Source: Vermamoeba vermiformis
Taxonomy: Eukaryota
DNA: 20,000 nucleotides
Assembly (NCBI GenBank): GCA_045837725.1
Contig: JBEWZL010000041.1
Span: forward strand, 58,744-78,743
Direction of reading: 5' to 3'
Part shown: piece after piece, positions 8,456-19,742 of the stretch
Position numbering within the stretch: the first letter of the stretch is position 1
How the letters are laid out: the number at the start of each line of letters is the position of its first letter
The notes under the pieces: model-generated
What the model was told of the DNA's origin: nothing
The model's input: only the letters and a program-made list of their open reading frames with translations
Databases searched by the model: none
Made by a program: the position numbers and the translations under genes

Positions 8456-10933
8456 ATGAGTTCTAAGTAAGTTTCAGACATAAACAAGCTCTGGAGGCTG
8501 ACAGAATTATTAATTCAGATCGAATGGAAGTCCGAAAGGAGCGGACAATGTCATCCGCCAAATGGAGCAAAAAATGAAGGAATATGAATCCGAATTTAAA
8601 TTCATTTTAGGTACGGGAGGGAAATTGATCTGGATCCGAGAAATTTTGACATAGATATTTTAGAAAAATTATTAATCGCATGATTATAATACTATATCCA
8701 TAAATAAACGTTATAGAACGGTTTTCTGACGTCTATAAATTATTTTGAATTTAGATTTTAATTTTCTATTTTCAGATCCAAAACCTTTCATCGCCAGATT
8801 GGATGGCAACCGATTCTCGAACTTTATGAAAGGCTTTCGTAAACCTAATGACTATAGAGGTACCAATACTCGCTTATTTAAGTCTTTATTTCATTCTGAC
8901 GCTAGTTTTAAGTGGATACCGCAATGATTTTGACTGCTCAAGACGCCATCATTAGATTTCATTGCGTATCAGCTTATGTTCAAACCGACGAGATATCTTT
9001 AGTAAGTTTTACATATTATAATGATTCAATTTGACTAACCACCAATTTTCTCGATCAGATCTTTCAGAAAAATGAAAACAATAAAGAGCGAGTTTTGCGC
9101 TTAGTCTCAATGATATCAGGCTATTGCAGCGTTAGGTAAGTCATATCGAGAATTATTTAAGATTCTGGATTAAAGTCCTTTATTTCCAAAATAGGTTCAA
9201 CTTCCATTTAGCGAGGCAACAATTTGATAGCGCGACTGAAAAAGACGTAAGATCATTTCATATAATATATAACGCTTATTTGATATATAAATAATCTAAT
9301 CATGTTAATAGCTCATCGAAAAAGTCAACAGCAATGTCGCTTTTTTTGACTGCCGGATCTTCACTTTGCCGACCGAACTTGACGTTACGGTAAGTCTAAC
9401 GATATAATAATATGCCACAATAGCTCATACTTGACGGTAGCAAAACATTTTCTTGCGAGCAGCCTATGCACGAAGAAACAGCAAGTCAGTTCTTGGTCGC
9501 GCAGTGCTCGGTCATCAAGCCATTCAAAATTTGCCCTCGGACCTTGTAAGTTTCTACGACAACTTTTTAAAGCTGCAAAATCATTGGAATTTCCTTTTTT
9601 GGATGATTTTTAAATACCGGAAGTTGTACTCAAAATAGAGCGAGTGGATTTTTTTTTGAACTTTTCGGAATTCAAACCGACTTGTTTATTGACCGCTTTA
9701 TTTATATTAGATTGCAAAAAGGATCCGAGAAGAAGAAGACGTGAATTGGGCTGATTTTGCACCGTTCTTCAAGTACGGCGTGGTCCTCAAACGACAGAAA
9801 AAAGCGAACAACACGTGCGTGATTAGCTCCGGTCAATTTTTGCTACTCAGCTCACAACTTTGCGGACAACGCGTGATGGACTTTGACAACAGAACGGACT
9901 TCACGGAACAAGAAGTTGTTGCGACAGTAATGGGCCACGACAGCAGCGATGTGCCTGTGGGCATGAGTCGATTGTTCACGACTATCAGCGACTTTGTGGC
10001 CATGACTCAGAGCATTGAAGAGGTAAGAGTACTTCACTTCACTCAACTTTGTAGGACACGTGTCAAAACGAAACATTTCGAGTTCTCTTGACACGTGTCA
10101 ATTTGACGTTAAGAAATTTCTTCGTGGTACTTGTCAACGACAGAAATTAACGGCCCTGCAGTGAACAGCAAAACAACTTTTCAGCGTTGCTGGCTGGCAG
10201 AAAATACACGTAAAGTACTAACGTCTTGTTTAGAAAGTGGAATCAAAGTACGGGCATCATTTCAAAGAGATTGAGCCAGAGCCTTACGAAGCCAAGTTAA
10301 ATCGCATCGATGAGTTCTTTGAAGGCATGGAACTCGAGCTCAAGAAAGACATCAATATGAATTCCCCGCCGCCAAAGAACAATAATAACAATTCGAAGAA
10401 TTCATTAAGCCCTGTTGCCTTAAACATTAATAGACCAGTGCCCATGCAATTAGAAAATACACAAATGATCGTTGAAGAGAATAGTTTGAACGTTCTTGAA
10501 TTGTGGCACGAAACTCCGAACGTCGTTCAAATCGCGCAAAATGAAATCTCCGAAGATAATCCGAAACAGATCATCGATAAATGGATCAGTTCGATTGGCC
10601 AATCTTCTTCGCAAATAAGTAAGGAAATTTTATAGCATATCTTATGACATAAGTTATTAATAACTTTATTAGGGATTGATACGGCAAGGTGGAACAATGG
10701 CGAAACAACTACGTTCATTACGAAGGTAAACGAAAAGAAATTTGATGTTGATAAATATTTGCCTAATTAGGAAATTTTCATAGGTCATTTTGCCAATTCG
10801 GCTGGACCCGTGTCTTGGCGTTAGTGGCGGTCTTGGTGAAAGTACGACGAGTGCCGATGAATCTTTGCAGCTTGCGTACAAAGACGCCGTGGATCTGCTC
10901 TTAGAGCAACATCTCATTCAAATTGTCCAGTAA
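8456..10933 (+). CDS. Thg1-like protein (TLP; tRNA-His guanylyltransferase / 3'-5' polymerase family) with a C-terminal extension containing a dsRBD-like domain; about 495 aa
   Basis: Twelve exons (8456-8466, 8519-8610, 8776-8859, 8913-9001, 9059-9135, 9195-9246, 9312-9389, 9441-9545, 9711-10022, 10234-10618, 10673-10725, 10784-10933) sum to 1488 nt with an open frame. Thg1-family motifs in order: MKEYE, ARLDGNRFSNF, RKPND, YVQTDEISL, AFFDCRIF, RRNS, VNWADFAPFFKYG. The HINNLY motif of true eukaryotic Thg1 is absent. The first micro-exon is the least certain. Confidence 0.88.
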
Positions 10934-11112
10934 TTGTAGCTGGTCAACTATTGTACCTAGAAGTGTATTATAAGCCTTGTACATTGTAAATTTTTGAATT
11001 TTTATTGAAACAGAAGAAATTGTTGCTGGTCTAGCATCATTAAAATGGAATTGGAATACAATATAAAAAAATAATAGAGTTAGTATTTAATGGTAATAGT
11101 ACAAAATATTTA

Positions 11113-12893
11113 TTATCCTTCGTTTGCCTCACGCTGCAACAAGACACGGATCGAGTTTGCGAGTTCGTTCTCAAAATCAACGTGAGCGCCTTTATACACG
11201 TCTTTGATTATGCCTTGCTTATTTAAGACGTATATCGTTGGATAAGAACGAACGTGGCACTTTGTAGCGAATTTTTTGGATCCGATCAGATTCGGATAAT
11301 TCAATTTCATATTATTTAGGACTATCATGGCGTCGCTTTGCTTAGTATCTGTATTTACGCCATAAACTACCAATTTTTCTTGCTGAATTTCGGTTTGAAA
11401 CTGATTGACGATAGCTTTCATGCTCGGCATCATTTTTATGCAATAAGAGCAATCTCGATGCCAAAAATCTAGTATAGCGACTTTACCTATATAATTGTAT
11501 TAATATAAATAATACTTGAATGCGGTATTAAAGTTAAAGGCTTACCAAGCAGATCGGCAGAATTTACGATTTTTTCTTTGTCTTCGAAGCAGTGTAATTG
11601 CCATGGCGCTAATTCCATATCTTTCGTTTCTATTATTTCTGCGAAATCCCATTTCATATGATCAATATTATCTTCGTGCATTTGAATAAATCCGTCGAGA
11701 ATTTCTTTGGTCAGATCCAACTCCAACTTGTTTTTTGTTGAAATTAATATCTCTTTGGCCTTATCGATCAAAGTCTGTACATTAATGCTTATTTTGTCCA
11801 ATTTGTTGCAAAACACTTCGTATTCTAATGTCGCATCCAGACAAAGTTGAAATTCTTTCTCGATCGCTAAACAAGTTTGCTCATCAATTGTTGTTATATC
11901 AATAAGCTTAGTTAATGACTCTTTAGTAGATGCTACTGGATATCCTTCGCTAATTTGGCTTGATATTTCGACGGGCAAGCATTGCTTCAAATCGAATCTG
12001 ATCTTTTGCGTACAAGTTCGTAAGTGGATCCGATCTATTGGGCCTTCAAACTATAGATATATTAGAATATATTTTATATATGATATTTATCGGATTCTTA
12101 CCCTCGATTCAAGCAATAAAATGTCTTGATCCGAACTTTTGAAAGTGTACACGAATTCTTTTTCCAAAAGAGTGTTTGTAACTTTCCCTTCCATTCTGTA
12201 TATTATATGCCTATATTAATACATACTTATAGGCTTAATTACTCAATTGTTAATGTTGTACTTACTCTGAGGTCGGATTCAGAGGCAATGCTGAAAAAAT
12301 TTCTTGTGGATCGAAGTCCGTACCCATTTTAGTGTTGTAAATTACTGCTCCGTCATCTTTTAAGTAGAAATATCCGATCTTTTGTCGCGGCTTGGTTTGT
12401 TCAATCAACTGGCCATTAATTATTGAGAAAATTCGATTGATCCTGCAGAGAACGATGAAAAATTAATATTTGAATACAAATAGTATTACTTAAATATACA
12501 AGTTCAATTTTGCGCTTCTATAATGAATTAGTCAAGCTTGATTACCTTCTAAACCAAATTTTGACTCGATCGGTCTCCTTTTGCGTGATCCAAAACGAAA
12601 TATCCGCGGTCCAAGCTGAGCTTTTATTGTTCTTATAATTAAGTCGACCTAGGAACCAAATAAAAGTTAGTTTGCGTGGAAGGAATTTCGCAATTTTCAA
12701 TAAATAGATTCATTTATTTGCTTTAAGGCTTTCATGGCTATTAATCATATGGCACAATGTAAATAATAAAAATAAAGACTATATTATTGTGCGCAGCGTA
12801 ATTTATAAGCGCTAAATGTTTGAAAGTACCTTCTTCACGGTAGATTAATACAGTGCCAGGCTTCAGCGTGTATTTTACGTGCGAAGTATTCAT
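11113..12893 (-). CDS. TlpA/ResA-like thioredoxin-fold (redoxin) protein with a long uncharacterised N-terminal region; about 438 aa
   Basis: Minus-strand exons 12893-12830, 12648-12546, 12442-12266, 12195-12102, 12050-11546, 11486-11113 sum to 1317 nt with an open frame. C-terminal domain GKVAILDFWHRDCSYCIKMMP...GVNTD...LNYP...VRSYPTIYVLNKQGII has CxxC and the cis-Pro loop. Confidence 0.85.
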
Positions 12894-13312
12894 ATTGATA
12901 GTGATAATAAAATGGCCGCATTAAGTCGCTAGAAACATTGTTTCGGAGTTGTCTACATTAATTTTCAGTGAAATTACTGCACATCTCCGGCTTAGATATT
13001 ATCTAAGGGAACAAATCAGCCAATTATAACAAATTATTATTATATAATTTATTAATTTACCTGATGTTGATAGTAACAAGACCGTTAGATCGGCAGATCA
13101 AAAAAGTGCGCGAAAAGTTGTAAATAAGTACTGGCGTTTTCTGAATCGATTTGGAACCTCTAAACCATTTTATAATGCATGTGCACTATTTGTCTCATTT
13201 CTAGTGTATTGTTCAAATAATTAGGACACTGCAATTTTATTCGTCCGCAGATCTTTTCAGCCAACACCACAACGGTCCATTATTATTACCCTGCGTAGTA
13301 CCAGCATAAATA

Positions 13313-16300
13313 ATGTCCAAAAAAGTCAATTTTAATAAGCTATTGGAACAATCCAAGCAGCTCACGACCCAGTTCCAAGATCAAGGATTCCTCATCCAAC
13401 GAAATATTGAACAGATCGATGAAGCTTCGAGGAATTTAGTTCAAAAAGTCAGCCAAGAAGAGAAAAAATCACATCCCAAAGCGTAAGTCCACAAATAAAA
13501 TAGAAAAATTTAAAAATTGAAGATCGCGCGCATTATTTTTTTCTGGTCTGTCTCCCTAATAATTCAATAAATAAATGTTTAAGTTATGCTAATAATATGT
13601 AAATAATTATAGTAATTTTATTGAGGCTGAAGGATCAGATTCAAAAAATATCAAGCGTTACTAATATTATTTTATTACAGACAAATACTATTGGCCCGCC
13701 AAGGCTTTGATACAGAAAAATTGACTCAGAATTTGAGTTCTATCGATTTAAAAACAACTTTTGAACCATTGGAATCGATCTCGGAGACCGATCTCGAAAG
13801 TTATTTGAAACATGAACACGAATTGATTGTATTGAGCGCTATTGAAGAGGCGAAGAAAGAGGTAATATTAATTATAACAAAAATATAATTATTGAATTTT
13901 TTCATTATTTTTAAAATTAATTTTTCGATCGGATCTCGATCTCCGTTACATGTCATTAGCGGACAACTAACACTCATATTATTTGTGTATATAGACTATT
14001 GAACAATATAACTCGAATTTTATCTCACGTATGGAAGATGAATGGGAAGAGAAAAAGCGCGAAATTATCGAAATGTTAACGCAGACTGGTCCTGCTTGGG
14101 AAGGCTTGCAAAAAACAAAAGAGAAGCCCAAAGGTACATAATATAGTGTATTATACTCTATACTACTATTACTTTCAATATAACTATAATGCAAATTGAT
14201 CTTTCGTTCAATAATTTTTTTCTATTTATTGTGCTGCAGTACCGATAATTTTATCAATTTTATTAACGGACTTTCCTAATTTAGTAAATTTCCAAACCTC
14301 AATGGACATGAAAATGCTGCACTACGCCAAGGTTATTTGCGACTTGAACAACTTTAGACTGCAAAAGAAACCTTTCGGCCTTGCTACCCGATTGCTAGAT
14401 GTCGCTAAAAATTTTGAAGATAAGAATATGGTACGTACAATATACTAGTCTCAATTGACTTAACGAGAATAATTTGGATCTTGAGATCTGGCACAGGATC
14501 CAAACTCGGTCAATTCATTTTAACTTTAATATTTGTTGCTCGGTTTATTACGGATTTTTAAAATCAATTTTACTAATTTGGTTGTTTTTTTTAGCAACGC
14601 AAATTGGAGTTGATTGACTGTTTTGATCTGCTGCGAAAAATGATCGGCGAAGGAGGTGTCTTGCCTGACGGTACTATTACGTAAGTACCACTTTCCAATA
14701 ATAGGAAATCATTATTATAGCAAAAATCGAACTTTTAACTGGCATATCGTGAAAAAAGTTTGCAAAAATTCATTTAACCATATTTGGCTATACAGACGAT
14801 CGCCGAGCCGCAACGAGCGAGATTTCGAGCAAGATTTGAAAGTTAATCCGAGTGAAGTGAAAAGATATTTCTTGAAAGGCGCACGTGACTTTTTGGAAGA
14901 GCAGTACAACAACATCATTCAGACCATGACCAAGAACAATCTGCAAAAGGCACAGCTCGGAGGTCGTCCGACTACGATTGCGTTCGTCAAGGGCTACTTG
15001 AACATATTGTTTAATATTCCTACACAGCCTTTCCCTGATGAATACGAGGTACTTGATCCCACATCCAAAATTTTTTCACGGACATTTTTTAAAACAAATT
15101 AACTCCTAAATATTATTTAATATCAATATATTACAATATATACTGCGCGCTTATATATTTTAATATTTAAGTAATACCATTGCAAATATTTTTTTGCCCA
15201 TTCGCATCTGACATTTTATTTCCTAATTTAGAAATCACCCGACGGTTATCCCATGTGGGCAGTGATCTACTATTGCATTCGTTGCGGAGATTTGAACGCA
15301 GCCATTCAATACGCCGCGTCAGTACCAGTGCTCGCGAACTTTGTGACCTACATGAAATCGTACACGGACAATCGCGACAGAAAATTGCCCGATCAGATTG
15401 CAGTGCAAATATTGCAAGAATACAGACAGTTGAGAAACGATCAAGATCCGTACAAATCGATCGTGTTCAATTTGCTTGGTCGTTGTGACGCCACCAAGTC
15501 GTACAACGCTATTAGACGATGGACGACACAAGATTTTATGTGGTTCAAGGTACGTAATATATATATAGAATAGAAACATAGGACCTTTTGCCATATTATT
15601 ATTTAACAAGGCCCAAAAAAACAATTAATTTCAAACAAAAAAAGTTTCACGGCAAATTTTTTCCCACCAATTTTATTGCATTTTTCTTCGTTCAGTGAAC
15701 GAATTTTTTCAGATAATCGACGAAATTTATTCCTTTCCTAAACAACGGAACACTTAGAGTGTTTATATCGTGCTCGGAGGTACTAATTAATCCTGCTATT
15801 CACAGCTGAATATGATCACGTCAGTCGAAGAAGTAGCCCCCGCAGTCTCAGTGCTGTCACTGCCGCGCCTTCAATCGTTGTTGCGCGAGTACGGCCCTGC
15901 TCACTTCAACAAGGACGGACAACATCCGCTGTTGTACTTCCAGATCTTGTTGTTGACGCAGCAATTTGAAGTTGTAAGTACAAATACACTTGCCTTAAAA
16001 GGAAATAGGACCAGAATCTTTTCCGAACCCAAAAAATATTGATCTGACCGTTGAAATTTATTTTGGTTTCCAAATAAGGAAATCTTGATACTTGATGGAG
16101 TAGTGCTAATTTGATGCTATTTTTAGGCCATTCAATACCTCGAAAGCACGGGTCAATTCTTCGTTGAAAATCTTCATTTCGCGCATTGCCTCTATTACTA
16201 CGGAATTTTGCGACAGCCGCCAACCGTTGCATCGCCTTGTAAGTCAACATTAATAGAATTGCCAAATAAGGAAATAATGTCCTAACTTCCGTCGTAGTGT

Positions 16301-17680
16301 TCGGTGAAAACAACAGATTGCCGTACTGCAACTTCATCAAGTTGTTGACGCAATACGTTAAGAGTTTTATGGTCACTGACTCACTTGCCGCACTGCACTA
16401 TTTGTTCCTTATTCAAGACGAGGCAATCAGGTAAGCTATTATGAGTTACCAAAAATGGAAATTTCCTCTTTAGGACTTAAACTATCCTGAGCTCAAAATT
16501 AACTTTTTTTCGTAGAAATCATGCTATTAAAGATCTCGTATTGACTACGGGAGATTTCGATACTTTGTTGGGCCGTACTCAGCCAGACGGATCTCGCGCT
16601 GAAGGTGATTTGGAGAAGTTTGTCAGCCGTGAACAATGGCAACATATTGTCGAATTGGCTGCAAATGACAGTGAAAACAACGGCAAATACGAAGAAGCGA
16701 TTAAACTCTATGACTTGTCGCAGGTTCGTATTGACTACATTTCCTTTTTTGGAAATTTTATGCCACGTGCTTTAACGTACCTGCCGGCTACTACCAGTGA
16801 TCCCTACATTCGGTCCTAATATCAATTATTATACAGCACTACGATAAGGTGATGTTGCTGATGAACAAGTGTTTGGGCCGCGTGTTGGTCTCCAGCGATG
16901 ATTTGAGCAATTTGGGCAACACCACAGCTCTCGAACGCAGCAAATTGATCGAGCTTTCAAATGTCCTCGTCGAGAAGTACAAACGTGAATTGGTATGTAT
17001 ATGATACGACTATTACTAAGACCGAAAATATTGGTACAAGATCCGGATCTGATCCAAAAAAAAATTTTCACAGGCGCGCCCAGAAATGATGAACAAGATT
17101 GACGAGCACAATATGATCACTTTTAAGCAACTCAAAGCTTTGTTAGCTTTCTTCGATTATTACAACAATGGCAGATACTACGAAGCCAGCGAGGTACGGA
17201 CAAAATATTATTTTTTATTTAGTAAATTTGCTAATTTTAATATTTTTATGCCATAGTTGATCAAGTCATTGAACATTATTCCTTTCAATACGAAAGAATT
17301 GGAAGATAAGGTCAATAACTTTAAGACATTGAGCGAGTCAATCAGACGAAACTTTGCAGAAATTTTGCTCGCAACGATGACTTGCCTATTTAAGATTTAT
17401 ACGAACGTCAAAGCTGAAGCCGCTGTTGATCCAAGCCGCGTTCAGGTAACAAAATATACCTTACTAAACAATCGTATAATATCACTCCGGTTAATTTTTA
17501 TTAAGACTGCCAGTCTTGAAACTATGATATGGTTATATATTAATTTTAATGCTATTATAGTTCTTGGAACGATTGAAGACTGAAGCACGAGCGTTGATCA
17601 TGTTTTCGGGCATGATCCAGTTCAGAATGCCCGGCGACACGCACTCCAAGTTGTTGCGCATGGAAGTTTATATGAATTAA
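13313..17680 (+). CDS. NUP93: Nuclear pore complex protein Nup93/Nic96
   Basis: About 15 exons join in frame. N-terminus FNKLLEQSKQL...QRNIEQIDEAS; internal FEPLE...TDLESYL and PMWAVIYYCIRCGD; C-terminus ARALIMFSGMIQFRMPGDTHSKLLRMEVYMN* is characteristic of Nup93. Confidence 0.95.
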
Positions 17681-17878
17681 GATTATTGCTAAACTGATAA
17701 TCAGCAAGCTAATAAAATAAATGTTTTTTAACTTTTGAAAGTTTCAACAACATCCGCAAAAAATACTAATTTTTTTTACGACCAACGAAGACTTTAATAA
17801 CGGAGCTCATCAACAAGCAGCCATAGTAAATTTGTGATTTATTATTAACATTTAAGCTACAGTATGAATACGACTAAC

Positions 17879-19590
17879 TTACAAATTTGCAGTGGCTACC
17901 AAAGATCCGCCGTCAACGGGGATGACAATACCGGTGACGTAAGCAGATGCCTAAATTAACATTCATTAATATGATAATCAAACATAATGCATATTTAAGT
18001 GAATATCAAGCGAGTGCGTACCTTGGAACATAAATACAAAGTCACGCCTGCAATGTCGTTCGGATGGCCGTATCGCTTGAAGACTGTTGAATCTTTGTAT
18101 CGTTCGCCCGTCATTTCAATAATACCCTAAATTATATTATACATTAGTTCCTACCCCTCTAATAAATTTTCATTTAAATCACTAGATCTTTCAAAAAATT
18201 GATCCGATCCGAAATTTAGCAGATCCGGAACGAAAATTTGAGAATTAGACTTACCTTTGACATTTTTGTGGGGAACATGCCCGGAGCAATAGCATTGACA
18301 GCAATATTATCGTTTCCTAAATGTCTGGCCAAAATTCTGGTGACTTGATTGACCGCTGATTTGCTCGCAGCGTACGCAATGACCCACGCTTCAGTCACGC
18401 CCAATCCAGCCACTGAACTCGTGTTGATCACGCGAGCGGGGTCTTCTGGCGTACCTGCTGCCTTGAGCAGTGCGTGGCACTCACGTGTCAAGAAGAAAAT
18501 CGCCTAAAAGTGACACCTGTCAGTTGGCTCCAACACGAAAAAATTTCTTATTAGAGCTCCGATAATAAGATCGATATTATTTATTATAATGATAAAATAA
18601 TAGCGCTAATAAAAATATTATATCGTTATAATTTTGTGCTTAATTCAAGATCCACAGAAACCGACATCCGGAAGTAAATCCGGATTCCAGTTCCAATCAT
18701 TTAATATTAATATTTAATTACTATTTATATGTTTATATTATCGTTACCTTAACGTTAATAGCGTGAATTTTGTCCCAAGCTTCATTTGGATAAGAAAAGA
18801 AATCAGCTCCCCATGTAGCGCCTAAAAATTTCAGATCAGATAAACGATAGAGGATATATTATAACTTATAATATTAATATAACATACCTGCGTTGTTGAT
18901 TAAGAAATGAAGGTTGTTTTCATGTTTTTTTAAGTCTTCGGCAAGTTTCTTGCATCCTTCTTCGGTCGACACATCCGCTGGCAATGCCTTAGCTTGACCA
19001 GGGACTATAATATATTGTTTAATTAGTATATTTAAATATAATTTGATATTTTGATATAGCAAATTATTCATTGTTATTGATATTTACCGATCTTGTCCAA
19101 AGTTTTTACAGCGGATTCGCATTCACTGGCTTTACGAGAGCTAATATACACTTTAGCTCCATTGGTTACGAGTGCTTCAGCCATCTATATAATAATAACA
19201 TTAGTAAGTAAGCACCGGATCTTGAGGCAACAAAATTTCGGATCTTGGGTAAAATAAAAAATACCAAAATTACTAATGCGAGATTATAGTGCCCAATATA
19301 AATAGTAATAATATTTTTATATAATACAGTCCTTATTGTTCATTTTTGATTGCACCCAAAAATTTCCGTAATTGAAATAAAAAACAATTTGACCGTTAAT
19401 ATTTACACAAGACACAACATACTAATAGCGAACACTAAGGAACATGTATATATTAATATATTTAAGAAGTTTGTACGATGGTGCGCAAAGCAACTTCAGT
19501 TTGAAATCTTACCGCCAATCCCAAGCCACGACTTCCACCAGTAATCAAAGCGACTTTGCCTTTTACTGAGAACAAACTTTGAACGTCCAT
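17879..19590 (-). CDS. Classical short-chain dehydrogenase/reductase, RhlG-like subgroup; possible peroxisomal targeting
   Basis: Seven minus-strand exons. MDVQSLFSVKGKVALITGGSRGLG (TGxxxGxG), INNAGATWG, PARVINTSS, catalytic YAASK, VNAIAPGMFPTKM, YVTGIVIPVDGG; ends ATANL*. Confidence 0.92.
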
Positions 19591-19742
19591 AGTAAGGTAT
19601 GTAATATAATTAGCAACTTATGGTCAACGACTTCAAATCCAACAAACACAAAATAGATTTTTTATTTTACAAATTTATGCGGGCAGATATTTTTACATCT
19701 TTCTTGTTTTAAAGTATTGCATATTATTTTTGGCTTAATAAG

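Noticed and set aside
10378-10392. Poly-Asn run in the TLP linker
   Set aside because: Five residues of low-complexity linker, common in AT-rich protists.
8456-12893. Functional coupling of the TLP and TlpA-like genes
   Set aside because: They are convergent neighbours in a compact eukaryotic genome; adjacency alone is not evidence.
12894-13312. Bidirectional promoter between the TlpA-like gene and NUP93
   Set aside because: The divergent layout is real but ordinary, and I identified no specific element.
14715-17071. ORFs antisense or out of frame within NUP93 (14715-14918, 15180-15488, 15319-15624, 15906-16376, 16829-17071)
   Set aside because: They cross Nup93 exon-intron boundaries and show no motifs.
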